Shown: one piece after another, positions 39,522-49,920 of the stretch | How the letters are laid out: every line of letters begins with the position of its first letter | Position numbering within the stretch: position 1 is the first letter of the stretch | Assembly (NCBI GenBank): GCA_027622715.1 | Contig: JAQBYN010000015.1 | Coordinates: forward strand, 11,745-75,744 | Origin: Pseudomonadota bacterium | GTDB lineage: Bacteria; Pseudomonadota; Alphaproteobacteria; SHVP01 | Reading direction: 5' to 3' | Length of the DNA stretch: 64,000 nt | Position numbers and translations under genes: made by a program | The notes under the pieces: model-generated | Databases searched by the model: none | What the model saw: only the letters and a program-made list of their open reading frames with translations | Told to the model about the DNA's origin: nothing

Positions 39522-40340
39522 ATGATCCTGAGCGCCCTGCCCTTCCCGACCATCGATCCGGTTCTGATCGCGATCGGCCCTTTCGCGATCCGTTGGTATG
39601 CCATCGCCTACATCGCGGGGATTGTGCTGGCTTGGCGGCTTGTTTTGCAGCTGATCCAGCACGGAAACACGGCGCTGAGCCGCAAGGACGCGGACGATTT
39701 CGTGGTTTGGGCCACGGTCGGCATCATCCTGGGTGGGCGGTTGGGCTATGTCCTGTTTTACCGGCCCGAATTCTACCTTTCCCATCCCGTCGAAATCCTC
39801 TTCATCTGGCAGGGCGGCATGTCCTTCCACGGCGGCCTACTTGGGGTGACCGGGGCGATTATCCTGTTTTGCCGAAAGCGCGGGCTCCGTCTCTTCGCGG
39901 TTGCCGACTTGATCGCCGTTGCGGGCCCCGTCGGCTTGTTCTTTGGCCGCATTGCTAACTTCATCAATGCCGAACTATTCGGCCGCGCCACAGACCTGCC
40001 CTGGGGAGTCGTCTTCCCCACCGGGGGCCCCCTGCCCCGCCACCCGAGCCAGCTCTACGAAGCCGGCCTCGAAGGCATCGTGTTGTTTGGGATTCTTATC
40101 GCGCTGTATTTCGCCACCACGATCCGTCATCGACCAGGGCTCATGACTGGGGTTTTTGTGGCGGGTTACGCGGCGGCCCGGTTGTTCGTTGAGATGTTCC
40201 GCGAACCGGACGCGCATCTCGGCTTTCTGGCCGGCGGCATCACGATGGGTCAAGTCCTGTCAGTGCCGTTGCTGCTGTTCGGCATCTTCATGATCGGCCT
40301 GGCGATGCGCCGCGCGCCCACGGTGCCCGGCCTCCGGTGA
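39522..40340 (+). CDS. lgt: prolipoprotein diacylglyceryl transferase
   Basis: 272 aa. The Lgt signature IWQGGMSFHGGLLGV and the G-x-x-RxANFINAELFGR motif are present. Confidence 0.92.
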   Translation: MILSALPFPTIDPVLIAIGPFAIRWYAIAYIAGIVLAWRLVLQLIQHGNTALSRKDADDFVVWATVGIILGGRLGYVLFYRPEFYLSHPVEILFIWQGGMSFHGGLLGVTGAIILFCRKRGLRLFAVADLIAVAGPVGLFFGRIANFINAELFGRATDLPWGVVFPTGGPLPRHPSQLYEAGLEGIVLFGILIALYFATTIRHRPGLMTGVFVAGYAAARLFVEMFREPDAHLGFLAGGITMGQVLSVPLLLFGIFMIGLAMRRAPTVPGLR

Positions 40341-41413
40341 CGACACCGCTGGGCGCGCACCTGCGCCAAATGATCGCGATAAATGGACCGATCACGGTTG
40401 CCCGTTTCATGGCCGAGGCACTCGGCAACCCGGATCACGGTTACTACATGACGCGCGATCCCTTCGGCGCAACCGGCGACTTCATTACAGCGCCCGAAGT
40501 TAGCCAGATGTTCGGCGAGCTGTTCGGCGCCTGGTGCGCGGACCTCTGGCGTCAAATGGGGATGCCCAGTCCGGTCGCCCTAATCGAGGTCGGGCCCGGC
40601 CGCGGTACGCTCATGAGCGATGCGTTGCGCGCGACACGCCAAATTCGCGGTTTCCACGCCGCTCTGAATATCCACCTCGTCGAAACCAGCCCGCTATTGC
40701 GTGCCCGCCAAGCCAGTGCGCTGGCGGCATACGATGTCCGTTGGCACGACGCTGTCGATGATGTCCCAACCGGCCCCGCCATCGTCGTGGCGAACGAACT
40801 ATTCGACGCGTTGCCGATACACCAATTCCAGTTTGCCGACGGACAGTGGCATGAACGTCTAATCGAATTCGCCGAGGATGGCGCCTTTCGCTTCGTGTTG
40901 GACCCGACCGGGGCGAGGTTCCCAGGCCTAAATCGCTTTGCCGATCCGCCGCCAAATGCAATCGCCGAAATCTGTCCCAGCGGCGCGGCGCTGGCGCTGC
41001 AGTTGGCGGGACGGCTCGCCGGACATCCCGGCGCCGCGTTGATCGTGGATTACGGACACGTTCAACCTGGCTTTGGCGATACGGTTCAAGGTGTCCGCGC
41101 CCATCGTGCCCAGGACATCTTCGATGCGCCGGGCACCGTTGATATCTGCGCCCACGTCGACTTTGCCGCCCTGCGTGACGCCGCCCATGATGGCGGTGCC
41201 CGCGTTTGGGGCCCGGTCGCGCAAGGCGCTTTCCTGACACAACTGGGGATCGAAACGCGCGCCGCTGCCCTAACGGCAGCGTCACCGACCGACAGCGCGT
41301 CGATCGCCGCCGACATGCACCGATTGACCGGTCCTAACGAGATGGGCAGGCTGTTCAAGGTGCTCGCTTTGACCAGCGCCGGACTCGAACCGGCCGGATT
41401 CGACGATACATGA
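40337..41413 (+). CDS. class I SAM-dependent methyltransferase, DUF185/NDUFAF7 (MidA) family
   Basis: 358 aa. The characteristic FITAPEVSQMFGEL and a VEVGPGRGTLMSD SAM motif are present. It overlaps the lgt stop by 4 nt. Confidence 0.85.
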   Translation: MTTPLGAHLRQMIAINGPITVARFMAEALGNPDHGYYMTRDPFGATGDFITAPEVSQMFGELFGAWCADLWRQMGMPSPVALIEVGPGRGTLMSDALRATRQIRGFHAALNIHLVETSPLLRARQASALAAYDVRWHDAVDDVPTGPAIVVANELFDALPIHQFQFADGQWHERLIEFAEDGAFRFVLDPTGARFPGLNRFADPPPNAIAEICPSGAALALQLAGRLAGHPGAALIVDYGHVQPGFGDTVQGVRAHRAQDIFDAPGTVDICAHVDFAALRDAAHDGGARVWGPVAQGAFLTQLGIETRAAALTAASPTDSASIAADMHRLTGPNEMGRLFKVLALTSAGLEPAGFDDT

Positions 41414-42171
41414 TTCAATCTGAATTGCTTTCCTCTGCGCCCGGCGTCGTGCATGGATTTTTCACGCGCCAGGGCGGGGTATCGACCGGCATCTACGCAT
41501 CACTCAATTGCGGCGTGGGCTCAGACGACTCGCGCGACAATGTCGGCGACAACCGAGCTCGGGTGCTCCAACAGATCGGGGTCCCGACTGGCACGCTGAA
41601 TACCGTTCACCAGGTCCACGGAACGACGGTTGCTACAGCGACCGGTGCCTGGCCGACCGAGCCGCCGGTCGCGGACGGCGTTGTCTCCAACACACCCGGT
41701 GTGGTGCTCGGCATTTTGACGGCCGATTGCGCACCCGTTTTGTTCGCGGACTTTGACGCGGGCGTCATTGGCGGCGCCCATTGTGGCTGGCGCGGCGCGC
41801 TGGATGGGGTTGCCGAACAGGTTCTCGAACACATGGTCGCTATGGGCGCGCGGACGAGCCGCATCGCCGCCGCCGTCGGCCCGGCAATTGCGCAAGCGTC
41901 ATACGAAGTAAGCACCGACTTCGAAGTGGCCTTCCTCGCCAAAGATCCGCGCGCGACAGTCTTCTTTGCGCCCGGAAAATCTGGTCACGCGCAATTCGAT
42001 CTGCCGGGTTATGTGGTGGATCGACTAAGGCGGGCCGGGCTGATGTCCGTGGCCTGGACGGGGCATGACACGTATGTGGGCGAGGCCGACTTCTTCAGCT
42101 ATCGCCGTGCCACGCACCGGCACGAGACAGACTACGGACGCCAGGTCTCGGCAATTGCGCTCGCCACCTAA
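41410..42171 (+). CDS. pgeF: peptidoglycan editing factor PgeF (YfiH/laccase-domain, Cu-oxidase_4)
   Basis: 253 aa. VHGFFTRQGGVS, TADCAPV and GWRG are present. It overlaps the upstream stop by 4 nt. Confidence 0.88.
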   Translation: MIQSELLSSAPGVVHGFFTRQGGVSTGIYASLNCGVGSDDSRDNVGDNRARVLQQIGVPTGTLNTVHQVHGTTVATATGAWPTEPPVADGVVSNTPGVVLGILTADCAPVLFADFDAGVIGGAHCGWRGALDGVAEQVLEHMVAMGARTSRIAAAVGPAIAQASYEVSTDFEVAFLAKDPRATVFFAPGKSGHAQFDLPGYVVDRLRRAGLMSVAWTGHDTYVGEADFFSYRRATHRHETDYGRQVSAIALAT

Positions 42172-42187
42172 TTGGGCACGGGTTGCC

Positions 42188-43051
42188 GTGCCATTGGCGG
42201 CGATGGCGCTGACACTCATCAGCGCTTGCCAACCCTTACCGCGCCCGTTTCAACCCGACAGTAAGCGGCTAAACGCCGCCGATTTCACCCGGCTCGGCAC
42301 GCGAGGTGGGATTATTGTTCGGCTTCCTGTTTTGGCGGATCGAGCAACCGCTGAACGCTTGGCGGGGCTCGTGGCCGCAGCGCTACGCGACGTCGACGTT
42401 CCGGCAATCGCCGGTCCCCTGGAGGAAACCAACCGCTACGTGCTTATCGGCCGTGCCGATATCACCGACAGCGTTGGAACGGACGTCGCGCTCGCCGGAG
42501 TTTGGCGGTTGGTCGACCCACAAGGCCGAGAGATCACGACGTTTCAGTTGGCGCACCAACTCGATGCTGCGGGCTGGCGATCGGGCGATACCGCGACGCT
42601 TGCGCTGCTGGCGGAATCCGTGGCCCAGGAAACGGCGAAACAGATCGCCGGCGTGCCGCCGCCGGCCCCACGCCCCGTGCTGGCACCACAACGGATTGCG
42701 GTTTGGCCCATCGGCGGGCTCTCCGGCGAACAGGCGAGTGGGTTGGCGGCGGCGGTTCAGGGAGCGCTACGCACCCGGGGGCTGATTGTCGTTAGCGTCG
42801 ATGACCCGGCGGCTTTCGTGGTCACCGCCTGGGTCGAGCGAACCGACACCGGCCCCGCTACCGAGCGAATATCTGTCGAGTGGGCGCTCCTTCGCGGCGA
42901 TGGCCAGGAGGTCGGGGTGGTGTCGCAAACCAACCTCATCCCGGCAGGTGAACTCGACCGCACCTGGCCCGACGCGGCGCTCGCCATTGCGGGTGCGGCC
43001 GCGGACGGCCTAGTGGAAATGTTATCTCGGATGCCGAACCCAGAATCTTAA
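42188..43051 (+). CDS. hypothetical Ala-rich lipoprotein (lipobox LISAC)
   Basis: The ORF continues from the pgeF region. Plausible starts are the GTG at 42188 or the ATG at 42203. LTLISAC^Q is a lipobox. I recognise no conserved domain. Confidence 0.5.
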   Translation: MPLAAMALTLISACQPLPRPFQPDSKRLNAADFTRLGTRGGIIVRLPVLADRATAERLAGLVAAALRDVDVPAIAGPLEETNRYVLIGRADITDSVGTDVALAGVWRLVDPQGREITTFQLAHQLDAAGWRSGDTATLALLAESVAQETAKQIAGVPPPAPRPVLAPQRIAVWPIGGLSGEQASGLAAAVQGALRTRGLIVVSVDDPAAFVVTAWVERTDTGPATERISVEWALLRGDGQEVGVVSQTNLIPAGELDRTWPDAALAIAGAAADGLVEMLSRMPNPES

Positions 43052-43168
43052 TCGAATCGGCTACTCTGGCCTCGCCCTTGTTGGGCGAAAACCCTTATAT
43101 CTGGTCTACAAATATTCGGTCGCCGACGCGAGGCGGCGAGATGACTCGAAACCATCCAGGGACGCGCC

Positions 43169-43807
43169 ATGAACGAATTCGACCGCCTCGTGGACGGCTA
43201 CCACCGGTTCCGCCAAGACCGCTTCACCCGCCAGAATGCGTTATATCGGGACCTCGCCGAAACCGGCCAGTCCCCCCGGGTCATGGTTATTGCCTGCTGC
43301 GATTCGCGCGCCGATCCGGCGATGATATTCGACACCGCGCCGGGCGAGATTTTTGTCGTCCGCAATGTCGCCAACCTCGTTCCCCCCTATGCGCCGAGTG
43401 ACGACTACCATGGCACCAGCGCGGCATTAGAATTTGCCGTCACTGGGCTGGGCGTGGCCCATATTCTTGTGCTCGGCCATGCCCGCTGTGGCGGTATTGC
43501 CGCTAGCCTGTCAGGCGATGGCCGGGGCACCTTTATCGGCCGCTGGATGTCGATCTTGGAGGATACGCGTCGGGGAGTCCGCGATTCTACCGAGGGAGAC
43601 GCCCAGCCGCGCGCGCTGGAACTGGCCGGTGTCGGGAAATCGCTGGAAAACCTGATGACCTTCCCGTTCGTGGCAGAGCTGGTCCGCGAGGAACGCCTTC
43701 AATTGCACGGCGGCTACTTTGATATCGCGACCGGGATTCTCAATTTGCGGGACCCTAGCAGCGGTGAATTCACCTCGGTTCTTGATGGCGCGCCAGCATT
43801 TACATAG
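43169..43807 (+). CDS. beta-class carbonic anhydrase
   Basis: 212 aa. The zinc ligands C-D-R (IACCDSRAD) and HxxCG (GHARCGGI) are present. Confidence 0.92.
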   Translation: MNEFDRLVDGYHRFRQDRFTRQNALYRDLAETGQSPRVMVIACCDSRADPAMIFDTAPGEIFVVRNVANLVPPYAPSDDYHGTSAALEFAVTGLGVAHILVLGHARCGGIAASLSGDGRGTFIGRWMSILEDTRRGVRDSTEGDAQPRALELAGVGKSLENLMTFPFVAELVREERLQLHGGYFDIATGILNLRDPSSGEFTSVLDGAPAFT

Positions 43808-43894
43808 GGAGCCCCCCTTGTTACAGTCCGCGCGCTTTTGGCCCCTTTCGGGTTTTTCCATGTCGCCAAGCAGTAGGCCAGCGCCTCGCCAGCA

Positions 43895-44827
43895 ATGAAA
43901 ATCATCGCCGGCAACAGCAATAGGCCACTCGCCGAGGCAGTGGCCGCCTACCTCAACCTTCCGTTGTCCAAGGCCTCTATTCGGCGCTTCGCTGACATGG
44001 AGGTGTTTGTCGAAATCCACGACAATATGCGCGGCGAAGACGTCTTCATCATTCAATCGACGTCCTATCCGGCAAACGACAACCTCATGGAATTGCTGGT
44101 GATTATCGATGCCGTGCGACGCGCGTCGGCGCGCCGGATCACCGCCGTTATCCCCTATTTCGGGTATGCCCGGCAGGACCGAAAGCCCGGGCCGCGAACG
44201 CCAATTTCCGCCAAACTCGTGGCCAACCTGATCACCGAAGCGGGCGCCGATCGGGTCCTCACGTTGGATTTGCATGCCGGCCAAATCCAAGGCTTTTTCG
44301 ATATCCCGACCGACAACCTTTATGCCGCGCCCATCGTTGCCAAAGATATCCAGGATCGCTTCGAAAGCGATAATCTGATGTTCGTATCGCCCGACGTGGG
44401 CGGTGTGATCAGAGCGCGCGCCGTTGCCCGGCGATTGAATGCCGATCTGGCGATTGTGGATAAGCGCCGAGAGCGTGCCGGCGTGTCCGAGGTGATGCAT
44501 ATCATTGGCGACGTCGAGGGCCGCCGCTGCATCCTTATCGACGACATCGTCGATTCGGCAGGAACCCTTTGCAACGCGGCCAACGCGTTGAAAGAACAGG
44601 GTGCTGAATCGGTGATGGCATACGTCACCCACGGCGTTTTGTCGGGCGGCGCGGTAGCCCGTGTGTCGAGCTCGGCGCTGGACACCCTAGTCACGACCGA
44701 CACAATTTTGGCCACCGAAGCGATGCGGGTATCTGACAGCATCCGGCGGCTGACCATTGCCCCCCTGATGGCCGAGGCGATGCGCCGAATCAGCGACGAA
44801 TCCTCAGTTTCAAGCCTGTGGGACTAG
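43895..44827 (+). CDS. prs: ribose-phosphate pyrophosphokinase
   Basis: 310 aa. [17 protein letters not shown] is present. A PRPP-binding loop is present ([12 protein letters not shown]). Confidence 0.95.
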   Translation: MKIIAGNSNRPLAEAVAAYLNLPLSKASIRRFADMEVFVEIHDNMRGEDVFIIQSTSYPANDNLMELLVIIDAVRRASARRITAVIPYFGYARQDRKPGPRTPISAKLVANLITEAGADRVLTLDLHAGQIQGFFDIPTDNLYAAPIVAKDIQDRFESDNLMFVSPDVGGVIRARAVARRLNADLAIVDKRRERAGVSEVMHIIGDVEGRRCILIDDIVDSAGTLCNAANALKEQGAESVMAYVTHGVLSGGAVARVSSSALDTLVTTDTILATEAMRVSDSIRRLTIAPLMAEAMRRISDESSVSSLWD

Positions 44828-44934
44828 GAATCGGGCCTAAATAGGTATAGAACGGCGCCGCTTCAGCAATGTCAGCACCCTTGGAGGCTGGCGGCGAGCA
44901 GGCCAAAATCGCGTCGAAACATAGGAGAATTGCG

Positions 44935-45594
44935 ATGAGCGACCAGCAGATGATCGCCGCGCAGGTGAGAGAGCGGGCCGGAAAAGGGGCCGCACGTGCT
45001 GCTCGCCGCGCCGGTTTGGTCCCCGCCGTTATCTACGGCGCGAAGAAAGACCCTACGCACGTCACGATCGAACGGCGCCGACTTCAGGTTGAGCTCGCTA
45101 AAGGCGGGTTCACCAGCCGACTGCTTGATATCGCCGTCGGCGACGGTAAAGAACACGTCCTGCCGCGCGAGATTCACTACCATGCGGTCACCGACGTGCC
45201 GCTCCATGTCGATTTCCTGCGGGTTACAGATTCGACCCTGATTAACGTCGAGGTCCCGGTAAATTTCGTGGGCGAGGAAGAATGCCCCGGTCTGAAGCTG
45301 GGCGGCGTTCTGAACATCGTCCGCCATGAAGTCGAGCTGAAATGCCGCGCCGGCGCGATCCCGGAGATTCTGACGGCCAACCTGGCTGGCCTCGAGATTG
45401 GCGATAGCTTGCGGATCAGCGCCATCGAGCTACCAGGCGGGGCCCGCCCGATCATCACCGATCGTGATTTCACCATCGCCACCATCGCCGCGCCGACAGT
45501 TCAGGTCGAGGTCGAGGCGGTCGACGAGGATGAAGAAGTCGAGGGAGCTGAGGGCGAGGCGAAAGAAACAGAAGACGAGGACGGCAAGGCCTAA
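44935..45594 (+). CDS. rplY: 50S ribosomal protein L25/general stress protein Ctc
   Basis: The ATG at 44935 gives MSDQQMIAAQVRERAGKGAARAARRAGLVPAVIYG. An acidic C-terminal tail is present. Confidence 0.9.
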   Translation: MSDQQMIAAQVRERAGKGAARAARRAGLVPAVIYGAKKDPTHVTIERRRLQVELAKGGFTSRLLDIAVGDGKEHVLPREIHYHAVTDVPLHVDFLRVTDSTLINVEVPVNFVGEEECPGLKLGGVLNIVRHEVELKCRAGAIPEILTANLAGLEIGDSLRISAIELPGGARPIITDRDFTIATIAAPTVQVEVEAVDEDEEVEGAEGEAKETEDEDGKA

Positions 45595-45621
45595 GGCCCG
45601 GCCGCCCCCGCCGCTCGACAG

Positions 45622-46227
45622 ATGGTCCTGCTGGTTGGGTTGGGAAATCCCGGCCCCGACTACGCCAAGAACCGTCACAACATCGGCTTCATGGCCGTCG
45701 ACAATATTGTGCAGCGCTACGGGTTCAGCCCCTGGCGCGGGCGATTTCACGGCCAAGCGTGCGAAGGCCAGCTATCGGGGCGCCGCGCTTTTGCGCTGAA
45801 ACCCGAGACCTACATGAACGAGTCCGGACGCGCGGTGGTTGCGGCGATGCGCTACTACCGGTTCGAACCCGAAAACATCATCGTGCTCTACGACGAGATC
45901 GATTTAGAGGCCGGCAAAGTGCGCTGCAAACAGGGCGGCGGCAATGCGGGCCACAACGGACTGCGTAGCATAGATTCGCATATCGGACGCAATTACGTGC
46001 GCGTTCGCCTCGGCGTTGGCCATCCGGGCGATCGCGATCGCGTTTCGAACCATGTCCTTGGCAATTTCTCGAAGTCGGACATGACGTGGGTGAACAATGT
46101 CATCGATGCGGTCGGCGGCGCTGTGCCGGCGTTGACGATTGGCGATATCCCCGGGTTTTCCAACCAAGTGGCCCTCCGCCTCGCGCCGGCCCCGGCGAAG
46201 TCGGCGGCGACGCCAACCAAAGAGTAG
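45622..46227 (+). CDS. pth: aminoacyl-tRNA hydrolase (peptidyl-tRNA hydrolase)
   Basis: LLVGLGNPGPDYAKNRHNIGFM and GGGNAGHNGLRSI are present. Confidence 0.95.
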   Translation: MVLLVGLGNPGPDYAKNRHNIGFMAVDNIVQRYGFSPWRGRFHGQACEGQLSGRRAFALKPETYMNESGRAVVAAMRYYRFEPENIIVLYDEIDLEAGKVRCKQGGGNAGHNGLRSIDSHIGRNYVRVRLGVGHPGDRDRVSNHVLGNFSKSDMTWVNNVIDAVGGAVPALTIGDIPGFSNQVALRLAPAPAKSAATPTKE

Positions 46228-46233
46228 CGCCGG

Positions 46234-47334
46234 ATGGGTTTCACCTGCGGAATCGTCGGCCTGCCGAATGTGGGTAAATCGACACTCTTCAATGCACTGA
46301 CCAGCACGGCGCAGGCCGAAGCCGCGAACTACCCGTTCTGCACGATCGAACCCAACGTCGGCCGGGTCTCAGTCCCGGACGAACGCTTGGAAAAGATCGC
46401 GGCTCTATCAAAATCGGCGCGGATCATTCCCACTTTTCTCGACTTTGCCGACATCGCCGGCCTGGTGCGCGGCGCCAGCAAAGGCGAAGGGCTAGGCAAT
46501 AAATTTCTCGCCCATATTCGGGAAGTTGACGCGATCATCCATGTCCTGCGCTGTTTCGAAGACGAGAACGTCACCCACGTCGAGGGCCGAATCGATCCCA
46601 TTGCGGATGCCGAGACGGTCGAGACTGAACTTATGATCGCCGACCTCGAAAGCCTGGAGCGCCGCGCCGACGCGGCGGCCAAGAAGGCCAAAGGGGGCGA
46701 CCGCGACGCCAAAGCCCAGTTTGACCTTATGCAACTGGCGCTGGCTCCCTTGCGTGCCGGGCGCGCGGCGCGCACCGCCAATATCCCAGCCGATCAACTA
46801 CGCGATTGGCAGGCACTCCAGTTGCTCACCTCAAAGCCGGTCCTCTACGTGTGTAACGTTGACGAAGAGTCAGCCGCGAGCGGCAATGCCCAGTCCGAAA
46901 AGGTCGCGCAATGGGCAGCCGACCAGGGTGCCGGCTGTGTCGTCATTGCCGCCGCCATTGAGGCCGAAGTGGCGCAGATTGCCGATCCCGACGAACGCCG
47001 TGAATTCCTTGCCGCCATGAGCTTGACCGAGACCGGGCTCGCGCGAATTATTCGCGCCGGCTACCAGCTGTTAGCGCTGATCACATTTCTTACCGCCGGC
47101 CCGAAAGAGTCTCGCGCCTGGACCGTGCGCCGCGGCGCAAAGGCACCCGAAGCGGCAGGCGCAATCCACTCGGACTTCGAACGTGGATTTATTCGCGCCG
47201 AAACCATTGCCTACGACGACTTCATCGCCTGCGGCGGCGAGACGGGGGCAAAAGAGGCGGGCAAGATGCGGTCGGAGGGCCGCGATTACGTGGTCCGCGA
47301 CGGCGATGTCTTGTTGTTTCGCTTCAACGTGTGA
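46234..47334 (+). CDS. ychF: redox-regulated ATPase YchF (Obg-like)
   Basis: The P-loop GIVGLPNVGKSTLFNALT is present. A TGS C-terminal domain is present (RDGDVLLFRFNV). Confidence 0.95.
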   Translation: MGFTCGIVGLPNVGKSTLFNALTSTAQAEAANYPFCTIEPNVGRVSVPDERLEKIAALSKSARIIPTFLDFADIAGLVRGASKGEGLGNKFLAHIREVDAIIHVLRCFEDENVTHVEGRIDPIADAETVETELMIADLESLERRADAAAKKAKGGDRDAKAQFDLMQLALAPLRAGRAARTANIPADQLRDWQALQLLTSKPVLYVCNVDEESAASGNAQSEKVAQWAADQGAGCVVIAAAIEAEVAQIADPDERREFLAAMSLTETGLARIIRAGYQLLALITFLTAGPKESRAWTVRRGAKAPEAAGAIHSDFERGFIRAETIAYDDFIACGGETGAKEAGKMRSEGRDYVVRDGDVLLFRFNV

Positions 47335-47340
47335 GGGACC

Positions 47341-47799
47341 GTGACCCGCTATCTTGAAGACATCAACGTCGGCGACAAACTTGCGTTCGGACACTACGAA
47401 GTAGGCGAACGCGAGATCATTGAGTTCGCGACTAAATACGATCCCCAACGCATTCACACCGACCCCGCGTTCGCCGTGGAAAGCGATATGGGCGGCCTCA
47501 TTGCCAGCGGCTGGCATACCGCCAGCATGTTCATGAAAATGATGGTCGATGCGATCATGGGCCAAGATAGCGGCATGGTCTCGCCCGGCATCGACGAACT
47601 GCGCTGGCTACGCCCGGTGCGGCCAGGCGACATCTTGCGGGTTGAGGGCGAGGTGACCGCGGCCCGCCCCTCGCAGAGCAAGCCTGACCGCGGTATCGTG
47701 CAAATGCGTTATGCGGTGCTCAACCAAAACGACGAAGTGGTGATGAGCCTGAGGACCAATAATTTCATGCGGCGACGCGACCACGCGATCGCCACTTAG
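47341..47799 (+). CDS. MaoC-family dehydratase (hot-dog fold)
   Basis: 152 aa. The MaoC-like core is of the DPQRIHTD…ASGWHT type. Confidence 0.8.
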   Translation: MTRYLEDINVGDKLAFGHYEVGEREIIEFATKYDPQRIHTDPAFAVESDMGGLIASGWHTASMFMKMMVDAIMGQDSGMVSPGIDELRWLRPVRPGDILRVEGEVTAARPSQSKPDRGIVQMRYAVLNQNDEVVMSLRTNNFMRRRDHAIAT

Positions 47800-47809
47800 G
47801 GAGGGAACA

Positions 47810-48481
47810 ATGGGCGAGAACATCAAACTAAAGGCCGAGGACGGATTCGAATTGGACGCCTATTTGGCGCTGCCGAGCGGCACACCAAAGGGCGGCGTGA
47901 TCGTTATCCAAGAGATCTTCGGGGTGAATTCGCATATTCGCGACGACGCCGACAAATTCGCGAAGGCCGGCTATGCAGCGCTGGCGCCCGCCATGTTTGA
48001 CCGTGCCCAAAAGGGAGTCGATCTGGGCTACGACGCCGAGGGTATTGAGGCCGGGCGCGGGCTCATGACGAAAATCGACTGGGCCAACGTCGAAAAGGAT
48101 TTGCGGGCCGCCTCGGGCGCGCTCAAGAAATACGGCAAGATCGGCGTGGTCGGCTATTGCTGGGGCGGCTCAGTGGCCTGGGTGTCGACAATCCGCGATT
48201 GCGGGGTCGATTGCGCCTCGGGCTATTACGGCGGCCGGATCATCGACTTCATCGGCGAGACGCCGAAAGTGCCGATCATCCTGCACTTTGGCGACAAGGA
48301 TCACGGCATCCCCATCGAAAACGTCGAGAAAATCAAAGCAGCGCATCCCGATGTGCCGGTCTACCGCTATGCCGAGGCCGATCATGGGTTTCACTGCGAT
48401 CAACGGGCGTCCTACCATGCCGAGAGCGACGCGATTTCGACCAAGCGCACGATGGAATTCTTCGCGAAAAACATCGGCTAA
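47810..48481 (+). CDS. dienelactone hydrolase family protein
   Basis: 223 aa. The nucleophile motif GYCWGG is present. The conserved DLH architecture is present (GVIVIQEIFGVN…HFGDKD…ADHGF). Confidence 0.85.
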   Translation: MGENIKLKAEDGFELDAYLALPSGTPKGGVIVIQEIFGVNSHIRDDADKFAKAGYAALAPAMFDRAQKGVDLGYDAEGIEAGRGLMTKIDWANVEKDLRAASGALKKYGKIGVVGYCWGGSVAWVSTIRDCGVDCASGYYGGRIIDFIGETPKVPIILHFGDKDHGIPIENVEKIKAAHPDVPVYRYAEADHGFHCDQRASYHAESDAISTKRTMEFFAKNIG

Positions 48482-48513
48482 TCGCCGTGACGACGGGCGA
48501 CCTCGCTGAGACA

Positions 48514-49809
48514 ATGTGGTCGGCGACCGCCGCGCCCGCGCCCACCACAGATTCGCTCGACACCGATATCACGGTGTCCGTGGCCATCGTGGGGGCCGGG
48601 TATACCGGCCTCTCGACGGCCCTTCATCTGGCCCGGCGCGGCATCGAGGCGGTGGTCCTAGAGGCCCACGACATCGGTTCCGGCGGGTCGGGGCGAAATG
48701 GCGGGCACCTGACGCCAACGTTTCATTTTCGCCCCGAGTTTTCGCTGACCAATCTCAAGAAACGTCTGGGCGACGAAACTGCGGCGCGCTTGATCGACCT
48801 GCAGACCGGCGCGGCGGACCTTATCTTTGGGTTGGTCGACAAATATGGAATCGATTGCGAACTCGAGCGGGTCGGCTGCATTCACGCCGCCCATACACCA
48901 AGCATGATGCCGGCATTGGAGGAAAAGCACGCCGACTACCAGTCGTTGGGTAGGCCGATGCAGCTGCTCGACCGCGACCAGACTGCCACGCTGACCGGGT
49001 CGGACAAGTTTCACGGTGCCTGGGTGTATGAGAACGCCGGGCACCTCCAGCCCCTGAGCTATGCCCGCGGATTGGCGCGCGCGGCCCTCAAGGAGGGCGC
49101 CCGCATCTTTACGGGCTCGCCAGTCAACCGGCTGGAACGCCGCGGGACGAAATGGCGGCTGACAACGCCGCATGGCACCGTCACCGCTGATTTCGTGGTG
49201 CTGGCCACCGGTGCGTATAGCAGCGCGCTGTGGCCACGGCTGAAGCGGACCTATGCCCATTTCAGGCTGGGGTGTGCGGCAACCGCACCGCTGAGCACGG
49301 AAATCCGGCGCGCGGTCCTGCCGCAGAACAACCATCTGGTGGACACCCGGCGCGACACATTCGCGCTGAAGTTTGACGCGGCCGGGCGCCTCGTAACCGC
49401 CTTCAACGTTTCTGGCTTACGTGGCATGAGCCGCCGCAACATGGCGGCCCTCGTCGCGCGCCGTTACAGCTGGGTGTGGCCGCAACTGGCTAGCGCCAAG
49501 TGGGACTTCTTTTGGACGGGCGCCATCGACCTGCGGGCTGATCTGTTTCCGCGGCTGTTCGAGTTGGGCCCCGGATTGGTGACCGCCATCGGCTTTTCTG
49601 GGCGCGGTATCCCGACCGGGACGGCGATGGGAACCGTTCTTGCCGACTATCTCAGCGGCACACAGAAAGAGGCGCTCGCCGCGCCACTCGAGCAACCCAG
49701 CTATGTGCCGCCGCTGATGCGGTTGGTCGCGCGGATGATGATCCCGCGCTTTCGGCGGCAAGATGCGCAAGCCATGCGCGACGACGGATTAGAACCGCCG
49801 CGCTTTTGA
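48514..49809 (+). CDS. FAD-dependent oxidoreductase (DAO family; PuuB/DadA/SoxB-like amine or amino-acid oxidase)
   Basis: The ATG at 48514 follows the dienelactone hydrolase stop. A VAIVGAGYTGLSTALHLARRG Rossmann motif is present. About 431 aa. The long upstream extension from 48157 overlaps the hydrolase gene and is rejected. Confidence 0.75.
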   Translation: MWSATAAPAPTTDSLDTDITVSVAIVGAGYTGLSTALHLARRGIEAVVLEAHDIGSGGSGRNGGHLTPTFHFRPEFSLTNLKKRLGDETAARLIDLQTGAADLIFGLVDKYGIDCELERVGCIHAAHTPSMMPALEEKHADYQSLGRPMQLLDRDQTATLTGSDKFHGAWVYENAGHLQPLSYARGLARAALKEGARIFTGSPVNRLERRGTKWRLTTPHGTVTADFVVLATGAYSSALWPRLKRTYAHFRLGCAATAPLSTEIRRAVLPQNNHLVDTRRDTFALKFDAAGRLVTAFNVSGLRGMSRRNMAALVARRYSWVWPQLASAKWDFFWTGAIDLRADLFPRLFELGPGLVTAIGFSGRGIPTGTAMGTVLADYLSGTQKEALAAPLEQPSYVPPLMRLVARMMIPRFRRQDAQAMRDDGLEPPRF

Positions 49810-49920
49810 CCGGACATTTGACCACTCGGTGGTCGGCAGTTGGCCCGCCTGAGATTCCACACTACGCTTCGTGTTCTAACTCAGACCATCGTGTTTTGAA
49901 AAAACTTGTGGGAGGACGAC

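Noticed and set aside
43808-43894. Possible terminator after the carbonic anhydrase gene (GGCCCCTTTCGGGTTTTTCC)
   Set aside because: The stem is only 3 to 4 bp. It is too weak to call.
45860-45875. tRNA-like T-arm sequence GGTTCGAACCC
   Set aside because: It lies inside the well-conserved pth coding sequence. No acceptor or anticodon stems flank it. No tRNA genes were found anywhere in the window.
48157-48513. N-terminal extension of the FAD oxidoreductase ORF overlapping the dienelactone hydrolase gene
   Set aside because: The extension is in a different frame from, and overlaps, the strongly supported hydrolase gene, and it is Arg-rich. The start was moved to the ATG at 48514.
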